Origin: a virus
Virus record (IMG/VR): IMGVR_UViG_3300021354_000450
Location: 1 to 64,000 of that record
Strand: one strand, 5' to 3'
DNA length: 64,000 bases
Position numbers and translations under genes: made by a program. The notes under the pieces are model-generated. The model was not told where the DNA came from and made no database searches. It saw nothing but the letters and a program-made list of their open reading frames with translations. This document shows positions 19,452-27,811 of the stretch, in pieces; position 1 is the first letter of the stretch, and each line of letters starts with the position of its first letter.

Positions 19452-20774
19452 TTATAGATATAAACTCATGAATCTGTCAACCTTCTCTCCAATATAAGCA
19501 ATTTGCTCCGGAGTAATAACTGGACTACACCCATGGAAGTACGTATTCACCATTGTGTGGGTAGCAACTGGGTAATTATCACGTGCATCCGCAGGATTCA
19601 TTAAATGTGAATACGCAGGTTGCAACATAATGTTACCAGCAAAATACGGACGAGTTTGAATTAGATTTTCTTCTAGATAATCAACAATGTCCATACGTGT
19701 AAATGGTGCGCCTTTACGAATTGTTAACGGAAACGCAAACCAACTTACATCTGCTTTGTCTTGAGCACGTGGCAAGTGGAAAAACTCTTCGTACTTTTCA
19801 TAAATTGCAAATAGCAATTCGTAGTTGCGTTGACGTAGTGTATGGATCTCTGGTAACTTCTTAATTTGCTCTAAGCCCATTGCGGCTTGCATTTCAATTG
19901 GCTTTAGATTGTAGCCAATTTCATCGTAGACATATTTGTGATCAAACACAACATCTGGCATTTCTGGAATCCAGTTGCTAAATCGACTCTTGCAAGTTCC
20001 GCACTTTAGTTTATTAGCTTCTGGACCTACGCAATAGCATCCACGACCCCATTCACGAATTGAACGAACAATGACTTCTGTTTGAGGATCGTTCATAGCA
20101 ACAAATCCGCCTTCGCCCATTGTCATGTGATGTGCAGGATAGAAACTACACGATGCCATTTCACCAAATGAGCCTAACGGCTTGCCGTCATAAGTTGTGC
20201 CTAAGCCATCACAGCAGTCTTCAAGCAATACAAGATTGTGCTTGTTGACTAATTCCATAACCTTGTCCATGTTAGGCGGATTGCCTAGCACGTGAGCAAA
20301 TGTTATAATCTTAATGTCTGGATCTGCCGAAAGCAATCGCTCTGCATGATCTAGATCAATGTTAAGTGTGTCAATTTCGATATCGCAGAACACTGGAGTA
20401 AACCCATTCTGAATAGTTGGATTAAGTGTTGTAGGAAAGCCTGCAATAGGCATTAATACTTTAGTACCTTCCGGAAAGTTATGTCCACGCTTGGATTTCA
20501 TTGCTGTCATCATAAGCAGGTTAGCAGAGCTACCTGAGTTAGTTAGAACACCACGTGACTTGCCAAACTCTTTAGGAAACTGGTGTTCAAAGCGTAGGCT
20601 CTTTTTGCCCATTACTAACCAGCCGTTAAGTAATATCTCAGCAGCCGCTACATATTCATCTGATGTAAAATGAGGTCCTGCGTAGTTAACAAAGTCCTTG
20701 CCAGCTACCCAAGTCTTATCAGCGTGTTTAGCGTCGATGTATTGTTTGATATCTTCTAATATTTTTTTCATCAT
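19452..20774 (-). CDS. rfbH: CDP-4-keto-6-deoxyglucose 3-dehydrase (RfbH/DdhC, E1)
   Basis: NSGSSANL, EDCCD, SFYPAHHMTMGEGG, WGRGCYC, DHKYVY..IGYNLK. Confidence 0.92.
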   Translation of the reverse strand: MMKKILEDIKQYIDAKHADKTWVAGKDFVNYAGPHFTSDEYVAAAEILLNGWLVMGKKSLRFEHQFPKEFGKSRGVLTNSGSSANLLMMTAMKSKRGHNFPEGTKVLMPIAGFPTTLNPTIQNGFTPVFCDIEIDTLNIDLDHAERLLSADPDIKIITFAHVLGNPPNMDKVMELVNKHNLVLLEDCCDGLGTTYDGKPLGSFGEMASCSFYPAHHMTMGEGGFVAMNDPQTEVIVRSIREWGRGCYCVGPEANKLKCGTCKSRFSNWIPEMPDVVFDHKYVYDEIGYNLKPIEMQAAMGLEQIKKLPEIHTLRQRNYELLFAIYEKYEEFFHLPRAQDKADVSWFAFPLTIRKGAPFTRMDIVDYLEENLIQTRPYFAGNIMLQPAYSHLMNPADARDNYPVATHTMVNTYFHGCSPVITPEQIAYIGEKVDRFMSLYL

Positions 20775-21478
20775 TCGATTATATACTCTTTATAAAAATT
20801 ATACAACTGTATTCGCATTTCTACAGAAATAGCTGGCCAGTGGATTAACCAATCTCCTAATTGCCAATTGCCGTCCCACCCGAATCGATCGTTGTTGTGA
20901 TCCGAATAATGGTCTCCGTAGAGCTTGTAGTTATAACTATTCATGTAACGTTGTGGAACTAACTTTACAATGTCTTTATACTGATCGCAAATTTCAGTAT
21001 CCTCTGTCCAAGGTTCAGCCGTTGGAGGAATTCCTAGTGCTACTGACATAGCACGTTGTTCTCCATCCCAATGCTTAGAACATTCTTCTTCAATGTCTAG
21101 TAAATGATGGATGTAGCCTCTGCCTTCCGGTGTGTTGCGAACAAGGAAACTGTCTGCGTTAATGCCGTTAATGTCAACGGCAACAATAAAATGATATTGC
21201 GTGTCAATACGATCTTGAATACGTGTACCAAAGTTAGTAATCATTGTATCAGTGCCCGTCCACCAAAACCATTCTACTTCTGGATGAGTTTCTAACAACT
21301 CTTTAACATAGTGAATCTTTTGGTAACCAATTCCTACATTAAGTACAAAGTCTGCGGCATCAGATCGACAGAACGTTTTGTATCCGTGTAACTCTGCGTA
21401 AGGAACTTTATTTTGTTCCCAGGTTAAATTTGCTAATTCTTGATAGTTAGCATCGTGTAGTTCGACTAGTGCGTACAT
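20771..21478 (-). CDS. Glycosyltransferase, GT34-like
   Basis: YAELHGY, EWFWWTGTDTMITN, DINGINADSFLVRN, WQLGDWLIHWP. Confidence 0.75.
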   Translation of the reverse strand: MYALVELHDANYQELANLTWEQNKVPYAELHGYKTFCRSDAADFVLNVGIGYQKIHYVKELLETHPEVEWFWWTGTDTMITNFGTRIQDRIDTQYHFIVAVDINGINADSFLVRNTPEGRGYIHHLLDIEEECSKHWDGEQRAMSVALGIPPTAEPWTEDTEICDQYKDIVKLVPQRYMNSYNYKLYGDHYSDHNNDRFGWDGNWQLGDWLIHWPAISVEMRIQLYNFYKEYIIE

Positions 21479-21484
21479 AAATTC

Positions 21485-22279
21485 CTAGAAATAATTACCG
21501 TTAATACGGGGGAACCAGGTATCACCATATCCACCGTGCGGAGTTTTTGTTGATTCATAATCCTTGCGTACTTCACACCAATATGTTTTACCTAAACCTA
21601 TTGCTATGCTAAGTGCGACTGATTGGTTACCCATAAACTGCTCACATCCTTGTATAACTTGAGCAAGTTCTAATAGATCTTTAGTTTTGTAGTGTTCGAT
21701 CTTACAGAATATTTTTTCAAAATCTGCATGTTCTTCTTCATTACCTACAAATACAGCATAGTTAGCTAAGCCGTTGTCAACCCAGCGGAACCATTCTTCA
21801 CTTGGTTCACCATACAAATACCGTCCTGTTCTGTTCACAACGAAAGGCTTGCCTGGTATAACGATAGGTGTTACAGGAGTAAGCCATGGTTCTAATAAGA
21901 GTTGTTTTTTAATTTCTAAAGAATGAATATCTAACCCTTGAGTTAGCGCATAACATTCAGTTTGATTACCTTTCCATCCGTCGATTAAATGAAATTTCCA
22001 ATGATCACTTAAATCATAATCAAATGTTTCATCTTTCCAAATTGCAACTTCATTTAAATATTGTTGTGCTTTTAACAACGGTTCGATGATTTCATAATCA
22101 CGTTGTGTATATCGTCCACTTCCGAGACCTGCATCTTTCCACCCTAAAACTTCTTGTACAAATTTGTCTAAGGCATCTAACTTAATATACATATTGCCTC
22201 CGCCTAGCATCTTTACTAAACATAAGGAATAAATAGTATCACCAAATGTTCCAATGGTGTAAAAATTGTTTGTTTTCAA
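21485..22279 (-). CDS. Glycosyltransferase, GT9-like
   Basis: GTFGDTIYSL; DLLELAQVIQGCEQFMGNQSVALSIAIGLGK. Confidence 0.6.
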   Translation of the reverse strand: MKTNNFYTIGTFGDTIYSLCLVKMLGGGNMYIKLDALDKFVQEVLGWKDAGLGSGRYTQRDYEIIEPLLKAQQYLNEVAIWKDETFDYDLSDHWKFHLIDGWKGNQTECYALTQGLDIHSLEIKKQLLLEPWLTPVTPIVIPGKPFVVNRTGRYLYGEPSEEWFRWVDNGLANYAVFVGNEEEHADFEKIFCKIEHYKTKDLLELAQVIQGCEQFMGNQSVALSIAIGLGKTYWCEVRKDYESTKTPHGGYGDTWFPRINGNYF

Positions 22280-22305
22280 ATCTTTCTCCTTTTAAAATAA
22301 AACAT

Positions 22306-22334
22306 ATTGTATGATATTTACATTAAAAGAGCAA
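22306..22334 (-). promoter_or_regulatory. Promoter for the minus-strand glycan operon
   Basis: Minus strand TTGCTC-17 bp-TACAAT with TAAATA inside the spacer. Confidence 0.5.
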
Positions 22335-22432
22335 GTGAAATCTTATTATTGATTAGAGAAATATTGAAGTAACAACAAAAGAAATTCCAGCTATTTCTAA
22401 TCCTTATAAATAAAGTATTATATAAATATTTA

Positions 22433-23563
22433 ATGATTATGAATTTACCAAAATTAATTTCAAGACCATCGTGTGTACTAACAGGTAAACCGGACATTCA
22501 ACTAGTACATTCGTTTAAACAATTCCCAATCTACATGGGATGTGTTAACAAAGAAGATTCAAATAATGATATGTTCTGTGACATGGATTGGGGGGTATCT
22601 ACGAGTTCAGGAAGTTTGCAATTAATGAACTTACTTGATCCTTCCTTGTTGTACAAAGAACATCACAACCCTGGTACAATAGGCAAGATTTGGCAACAAC
22701 ATCATAAAAAGTTTCATGACTTCATTAACAAAAGCCCATTTCAAAATGTTTTAGAAATAGGCGGAGCCAGCGGATCTTTAATAAACCTTTTTCTTCCTAA
22801 ATTGCAAAATTTTAATTGGACCATCATAGAACCATCAACTCAAAAATGTACTAATGATCCTAGAGTCAAATTTATTCAAGAATTTTTTGAGGACTATAAT
22901 TTTGATCAAAAGTTTGATGCAGTAGTCCACTCTCATTTATTTGAACATATCTATAACCCAATGACATTTTTAGATAAAGTGTATAACATATTAGAAGATG
23001 GTGGTAATCACTATATTACGATGCCCAATCTTCGACATTGGGTAGAACAAGGGTACCTTAATGCGTTGATGCTCGAGCATACCCTTTATATCGACGAAAC
23101 TGTAATAGAATATATGTTAAACACCGCAGGATTTGAAATTGTTGATAAAATAATTGAACCTCATTCTATATTTGTTCACTGCAAAAAAGTTAATAAAGTT
23201 ACTGTTCCGGTGCCTGACCTTGGCTATATTAAAGAAATGTTTACAAAGTTCACTGATAACTTGAATGCATCTATCAATACTATCAAAACTGCTATCGGTG
23301 ATCATCAGGTATACTTGTTTGGTGGACATGTATTTTCTCAATATTTGTTAAATGCAGGGCTACCTGAATCACAGATAGTAAGCATTTTAGACAACGATCC
23401 TAAAAAACATAACATGCGGTTATACGGAACAAACTTGATAGTAACCTTGCCTTCTTGCTTAATTGATCTTGATCAACCTATTGTAGTACTGCGAGGCGGT
23501 CCTTATACTAATGAAATAAAAGAATCTCTTCTTAAAATTAATCCTACAACAATCTTTGTCTAA
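22433..23563 (+). CDS. Class I SAM methyltransferase (NDP-sugar C-methyltransferase-like)
   Basis: VLEIGGASG, SHLFEHIYNP, ILDNDPKK..RLYGT. Confidence 0.8.
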   Translation: MIMNLPKLISRPSCVLTGKPDIQLVHSFKQFPIYMGCVNKEDSNNDMFCDMDWGVSTSSGSLQLMNLLDPSLLYKEHHNPGTIGKIWQQHHKKFHDFINKSPFQNVLEIGGASGSLINLFLPKLQNFNWTIIEPSTQKCTNDPRVKFIQEFFEDYNFDQKFDAVVHSHLFEHIYNPMTFLDKVYNILEDGGNHYITMPNLRHWVEQGYLNALMLEHTLYIDETVIEYMLNTAGFEIVDKIIEPHSIFVHCKKVNKVTVPVPDLGYIKEMFTKFTDNLNASINTIKTAIGDHQVYLFGGHVFSQYLLNAGLPESQIVSILDNDPKKHNMRLYGTNLIVTLPSCLIDLDQPIVVLRGGPYTNEIKESLLKINPTTIFV

Positions 23564-23564
23564 A

Positions 23565-24284
23565 ATGAATATAATAATCCCAATGGCCGGGTTAGGCTCC
23601 AGATTTTTAACCAAGGGATTTCATCTCCCAAAACCGTTAATAGATGTCAATGGCACTCCGATGATTATCAAAGCAATAACTAGTCTCGGTATACAAGACG
23701 CAAAATACTTGTTTATTATAAAACATGATGCGTTTGCTGAAGAAATTAAAGAAGAGATTTTAAAATTTGTCGATAGCAAATTTATAGAAATTGACTATAT
23801 TACCGAAGGTCCCGCTTGCTCTGCGCTACTGTTTGAAAGTATAATTAACAACGACCAAGAGCTTGTTATTGCAAACTGTGATCAAATTATGGAATGGAAT
23901 AGTGATTCGTTTTTAATGAATGTGCGTCAGTACGACGGTGCTGTAGTTACATATCACGAAACCACCAACAAGAACAGTTACGCTAGACTTGACGATCACG
24001 GATTTGTAACAGAAATAAAAGAAAAACAAGTAATCAGTAATGTATCGTTGAACGGAATACATTATTGGAAAAAGGGTAGTTTTTTTATAGATAGCGCAAA
24101 GGACATGATTGCAGAAGATGACCGTGCTCCAAACGGTGAGTTTTATGTTGGACCTTCATATAATTATATGATTAGAAAAGGACTTAAAGTGGGCATTTAT
24201 CATATACCGAACCAAATGCATCACCCTGTAGGCGTACCTGACGATTTAGAAAAATATATACAACATGAAAACAGCAAAACTTAA
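23565..24284 (+). CDS. Nucleotidyltransferase / GT2-like protein
   Basis: IIIPMAGLGSRF...LPKPLIDV, TEGPACSAL, IANCDQ, NGEFYVGP. Confidence 0.85.
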   Translation: MNIIIPMAGLGSRFLTKGFHLPKPLIDVNGTPMIIKAITSLGIQDAKYLFIIKHDAFAEEIKEEILKFVDSKFIEIDYITEGPACSALLFESIINNDQELVIANCDQIMEWNSDSFLMNVRQYDGAVVTYHETTNKNSYARLDDHGFVTEIKEKQVISNVSLNGIHYWKKGSFFIDSAKDMIAEDDRAPNGEFYVGPSYNYMIRKGLKVGIYHIPNQMHHPVGVPDDLEKYIQHENSKT

Positions 24285-24456
24285 ATATTACAAAAGGAAA
24301 GTTTAATATGCAATATACAGAAATTTTTGATTGGATTGTAAAGTTTGTGTCGTTACAAGTATGAAGTTTAACCGACATAGAAGTGAAACTGATTTAACCA
24401 AGTATCTTATTGCTACTTATCAGATGACAAGCAATTGCAACGTGAGGTCTTATTAA

Positions 24457-25173
24457 ATGAAAATAGCAGTAGTATTTACTGGCCATGCAAGAGGTTACAA
24501 GAAAATATATGAAAACTTTAAAAAACATCTATTAGATGTGCATGATGTAGATTTATATATCAGTACATGGTCCGTCGATAATCCTGGAAGAGCAGCAGGA
24601 CACGCATGGGCTGAAACACCACCAATCGATCTATCTCCAATGATCGAAATGTATAAGCCTAAAAAAATATTCATAGAAGATCATAACAAGTATTACGCAA
24701 ACAGATTTTCTCCGATTGACATTCACTCGTCGCTCCGCCCTGATGATGTATTCAAAGTAGACCCACACGCTATTAACGAAGGCTCCCTATGGGTAGAAAG
24801 AATGCGAGATATGTGGCATATTATTAAACAAGGGTTTGATTTAATTGATAATCCAACCGATTATGATATTTTAATTCGATTAAGATTTGATATAATTCTT
24901 AATTCTTTTGTAATACAAGATACAATAGGTACAAATAATTTAGTGGCAATGTTTGTCAAAGATTTAGAAGTTCATGATCTGTTAATGTATGGTCTGCCTG
25001 CTTCTATGATGGCATACTCTAAACTTTTTGATTACATTGAGCTAATGTATGTTAACAACAATGTGAATATTTCTCATTCGGATTTAATGTTAGGTACGTA
25101 TCTAAAAAAATACTGCAATATAACTACAATTGGAGATCCTAGTATTAGTGTAAGTCATGCTCCTTGGAACTAA
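24457..25173 (+). CDS. Putative glycosyltransferase-like protein
   Basis: MKIAVVFTGHAR, DLYISTW, YDILIRLRFD. Confidence 0.6.
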   Translation: MKIAVVFTGHARGYKKIYENFKKHLLDVHDVDLYISTWSVDNPGRAAGHAWAETPPIDLSPMIEMYKPKKIFIEDHNKYYANRFSPIDIHSSLRPDDVFKVDPHAINEGSLWVERMRDMWHIIKQGFDLIDNPTDYDILIRLRFDIILNSFVIQDTIGTNNLVAMFVKDLEVHDLLMYGLPASMMAYSKLFDYIELMYVNNNVNISHSDLMLGTYLKKYCNITTIGDPSISVSHAPWN

Positions 25174-25218
25174 TAATAAAATGATTTTAATAGCATATCG
25201 TGGACTGATCCAATGGTC

Positions 25219-25282
25219 CTTGATAATTAGCATCGTGTAGTTCTACTAATGCGTACATACGTTCTTAGAAATAATTACCGTT
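25219..25282 (+). repeat. Diverged direct repeat of 21439-21502 (GT9-end/GT34-start junction)
   Basis: 58 of 64 bases identical by manual alignment. Confidence 0.85.
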
Positions 25283-25415
25283 GAAACAAATGCAAAGCAA
25301 GAATTATAAATGTAAAATTTGTAATCGGGGTTGACAAGACTATAAATAGATTATAATATATACACATGTTGTTAGAACTGCTTAAAAAATATTTTTAAAT
25401 TTTTTAAAATAAAGG

Positions 25416-25444
25416 TTGACAACAGGGATAAATAAACGTATAAT
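25416..25444 (+). promoter_or_regulatory. Consensus sigma70 promoter upstream of the leader ORF and tRNA array
   Basis: TTGACA-17 bp-TATAAT with AT-rich upstream tract; a second TTGACA...TATAAT/TAATAT at 25331-25359. Confidence 0.85.
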
Positions 25445-25492
25445 TTACACAACTGCTAGAAATAGCAATAAACATTTTTAAACGAGAAAACA

Positions 25493-25639
25493 ATGCAAAC
25501 TAACTTTAGACAACATTTTAATTTATTAGCGAAACAAGGCGGCTCGATGTCTCCTGTATGGCAAACGATTAATTGTCTAACAAGTGATCGTGCACCGGAG
25601 AGCTATCATAGCTTAGGGTTTTTGAGGATTACTGTGTAA
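25493..25639 (+). CDS. 48-aa attenuator leader peptide containing all 20 amino acids
   Basis: MQTNFRQHFNLLAKQGGSMSPVWQTINCLTSDRAPESYHSLGFLRITV*; 34 distinct codons; overlaps the antiterminator arm. Confidence 0.7.
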   Translation: MQTNFRQHFNLLAKQGGSMSPVWQTINCLTSDRAPESYHSLGFLRITV

Positions 25640-25678
25640 AAGTATAAAATACAACACAGCAAAATTTAAAAACCCTGG
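25613..25678 (+). promoter_or_regulatory. Antiterminator hairpin
   Basis: TTAGGGTTTTTGAG (25613-26) pairs with TTTAAAAACCCTGG (25665-78); CTGTGT (25632-37) pairs with ACACAG (25654-59). Confidence 0.75.
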
Positions 25679-25709
25679 AACTTAAAAAACTCCGGGGTTT
25701 TTTGTTTTT
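25668..25709 (+). terminator. Rho-independent terminator (attenuator)
   Basis: AAAAACCCTGGA-11 nt loop-TCCGGGGTTTTTTGTTTTT. Confidence 0.85.
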
Positions 25710-25723
25710 AGCATGAAAGAAAA

Positions 25724-26254
25724 GTGAAAAATTTTAATATGGGAAAATTAGTAAGAAACAAAATATATAAAAGTAATCTTCAACGTCTTAAAGAAGATGT
25801 ATATAAAAAACCAAAATTAACGAAACATAAAACTAATAAAAAGCTAATAGAAAATTTAAAACAATCTATTGTTAATGAACAAAAAATAGAAATTAAAGAA
25901 ATATCATTACATGATCATTTAAACAGAATAAGACAGACAATTTTAAATGAGAATGTAATAAGTGGAAAACAAACAACTATTACAGAAGGATTTATTTATT
26001 TAATAGTAAATCCGGTTTGGAATGGATGGATTAAAGCAGGAATGACTGTTGATTTTGAAGAAAGATTAACTTCATACAATATATATGATCCGATAGGAAT
26101 GTATTCATATATTGATATAAAATGGACCAATGATAGGAAGCAAGCAGAAAAACAATTATTAGATTTTTTGAATATTCATTCAAAAAAACGAAAAGGTGAA
26201 TGGTTTAAAATAGAACATACCAAAGCACAAATATTAATGACACTAACAGTGTAA
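25724..26254 (+). CDS. GIY-YIG-like (T5orf172-type) endonuclease
   Basis: GFIYLIVNP...WIKAGMT...RL...RKGEWF. Confidence 0.75.
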   Translation: MKNFNMGKLVRNKIYKSNLQRLKEDVYKKPKLTKHKTNKKLIENLKQSIVNEQKIEIKEISLHDHLNRIRQTILNENVISGKQTTITEGFIYLIVNPVWNGWIKAGMTVDFEERLTSYNIYDPIGMYSYIDIKWTNDRKQAEKQLLDFLNIHSKKRKGEWFKIEHTKAQILMTLTV

Positions 26255-26336
26255 GAGATCACTGTATAATAAAAACTGGACCGCGATGAATCAGTCGAGT
26301 ACTCTTCAGACTGCCGAGTGCGATAAAGGGATTGCA

Positions 26337-26486
26337 ATATTAAAATACATTATAGTCGATGGAAGGAATCGATACAAGACGTCTGTCCTTGTGTATGTGT
26401 TTTAATATTAAAGCATACTTAATGCTATATAATAGCTAGGCCAGCAGAGTCTCGGTAATAAAATTCTGTTAAGTGTGTTTTAATAT
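26337..26486 (+). ncRNA. Two tandem structured elements closed by a conserved ATATTAAA..A / TGTGTTTTAATAT stem
   Basis: 26337-50 pairs with 26395-408; 26405-22 pairs with 26469-86. Confidence 0.55.
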
Positions 26487-26548
26487 ACGTTCTCCACCCC
26501 GGCAAAAGGTTAAAATGCATAGCAGGAGAACGTTATAAATGTAGAATT

Positions 26549-26634
26549 GGGTGTTTATACCGTTAAGGAGACGGTTCCGGCTGTAACCCGGACGCTTTAT
26601 CGCTCTGATGGATCGTTACCATCAACACCCACCA
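26549..26634 (+). tRNA. tRNA-Tyr(GTA)
   Basis: GGGTGTT/AACACCC acceptor, loop CTGTAAC, long variable arm, CCA. Confidence 0.9.
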
Positions 26635-26640
26635 ATTTTT

Positions 26641-26715
26641 GCTCCTTAAGCATTGATGGCGATGCGCATGACTTGTAATCATGATAACTCGGTTCGATTC
26701 CGGGCAGGAGCTCCA
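26641..26715 (+). tRNA. tRNA-Thr(TGT)
   Basis: CATGA-CTTGTAA-TCATG, GGTTCGATTCC, CCA. Confidence 0.92.
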
Positions 26716-26799
26716 AACAAAAAGGTTGTTAAAACCTAAAATTGTAGTATAATAGAACTTGTTACTTAGTAACAATACGGCATCGTAAAGTGTCGTGGG

Positions 26800-26988
26800 A
26801 TGGTAAAAGCTGGATACATGTCTTTAACGTGAAATCAATTATGTGTTAATATGAGCCCAATTAAATATCAAGTACACTTGAGGCATGTATTAACAATGAG
26901 ATTGAAAGTAATTAAGAGTGGGGCTATTGGAGTTGATCACCAAAAACCTTGCAAGAAGAATGTTGAAACGCCAGCAACTTTACACCAT
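26800..26988 (+). ncRNA. Unassigned structured RNA
   Basis: ATGGT..GCTGG closes with CCAGC..ACCAT; ATACATGTCT pairs with AGGCATGTAT; promoter-like TTGTTA-16-TATAAT at 26726-26753. Confidence 0.45.
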
Positions 26989-26997
26989 TTTTAAATT

Positions 26998-27112
26998 ATG
27001 AAGTAGTTTGTTGATACCAAAGTGAGACCAACCTGGTGATAAGGTATATATGAGGCAGAAGCCCATAATGTATATACAAACTCCGTAGCGGCGTAAAGGC
27101 GAATTACTTCAT
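26998..27112 (+). ncRNA. Unassigned structured RNA
   Basis: 15-bp closing stem ATGAAGTAGTTTGTT / GGCGAATTACTTCAT; inner GTATATA / TGTATAT pairing. Confidence 0.5.
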
Positions 27113-27125
27113 TTTATATTTTTAT

Positions 27126-27202
27126 GTCCCTATAGTTTACGCTGTTTAGAACACTACCCTTTCACGGTAGTAGACCCGGATAGTCGCCGGGTAGGGACGC
27201 CA
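27126..27202 (+). tRNA. tRNA-Glu(TTC)
   Basis: GTCCCTA/TAGGGAC, CTACC-CTTTCAC-GGTAG, CCA; atypical T-loop. Confidence 0.88.
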
Positions 27203-27298
27203 ATTTTTGTAGTGAAGCCACAGTCGTAACTGTCCGGACAGGAGAAGACAAAATACTTAAATGTGCAGATGGGTTCGCACTGCTACATAATATTTTAA

Positions 27299-27375
27299 CT
27301 CTCATTAGCTCAGTTTGGTAGAGCGATCCGTTTGGGGCGGATAGGTCGGAGGTTCAAATCCTTTATGAGAGACCA
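27299..27375 (+). tRNA. tRNA-Pro(TGG)
   Basis: CTCTCAT/ATGAGAG, ATCCG-TTTGGGG-CGGAT, CCA. Confidence 0.92.
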
Positions 27376-27381
27376 ATTTAT

Positions 27382-27457
27382 AAGTAGGTAGTTTAAGTAG
27401 GCAAAACTTTGGACTCCAAACCCAACATTTCCGGATCGTGGCCGGACCTACTTGCCA
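27382..27457 (+). tRNA. tRNA-Trp(CCA)
   Basis: AAGTAGG/CCTACTT, loop CTCCAAA, G73-CCA; atypical T-loop. Confidence 0.85.
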
Positions 27458-27465
27458 ATTTAAAT

Positions 27466-27540
27466 GGCTCGTTCGTATAAAGGTTATTACGGGGGATTGT
27501 CTATCCCTTTATAAGAGTTCGAATCTCTTACGAGTCGCCA
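27466..27540 (+). tRNA. tRNA-Asp(GTC)
   Basis: GGGGA-TTGTCTA-TCCCT, GTTCGAATC, GCCA. Confidence 0.92.
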
Positions 27541-27554
27541 ATTTTAGGAATAAC

Positions 27555-27788
27555 ATGAAATTTATTATTGAAGGTTATAAAGAAAAAAATGATATTCGTA
27601 AAAAATTATTAACCATGGGACTTACTCCAAATACAGTAATTGAAGTTATTCGAAAAGCACCTTTAGGTGATCCATTAGAAATTAAAGTTCGTGGTTATAG
27701 TTTAACAATTAGACAATCTGAATTTGATTTATTAAAGTTACAACTTATGTGTTGTGGTTGTTCTAATAAAAAACAAAGATGTGGTTAA
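27555..27788 (+). CDS. feoA: Ferrous iron transport protein FeoA
   Basis: RKKLLTMGLTPNT.IEVIRKAPLGDPLEIKVRGYSLTIR; RBS AGGA; Cys-rich tail. Confidence 0.9.
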   Translation: MKFIIEGYKEKNDIRKKLLTMGLTPNTVIEVIRKAPLGDPLEIKVRGYSLTIRQSEFDLLKLQLMCCGCSNKKQRCG

Positions 27789-27811
27789 CTGATCACTAAA
27801 GTTTAAAATAT

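Noticed and set aside
26921-26988. tmRNA (GGGGCT... and ...ACCA)
   Set aside because: No T-arm, acceptor pairing or tag reading frame could be built.
27438-27554. N-terminal extension of FeoA in the ORF track
   Set aside because: It overlaps tRNA-Trp and tRNA-Asp; the RBS supports ATG 27555.
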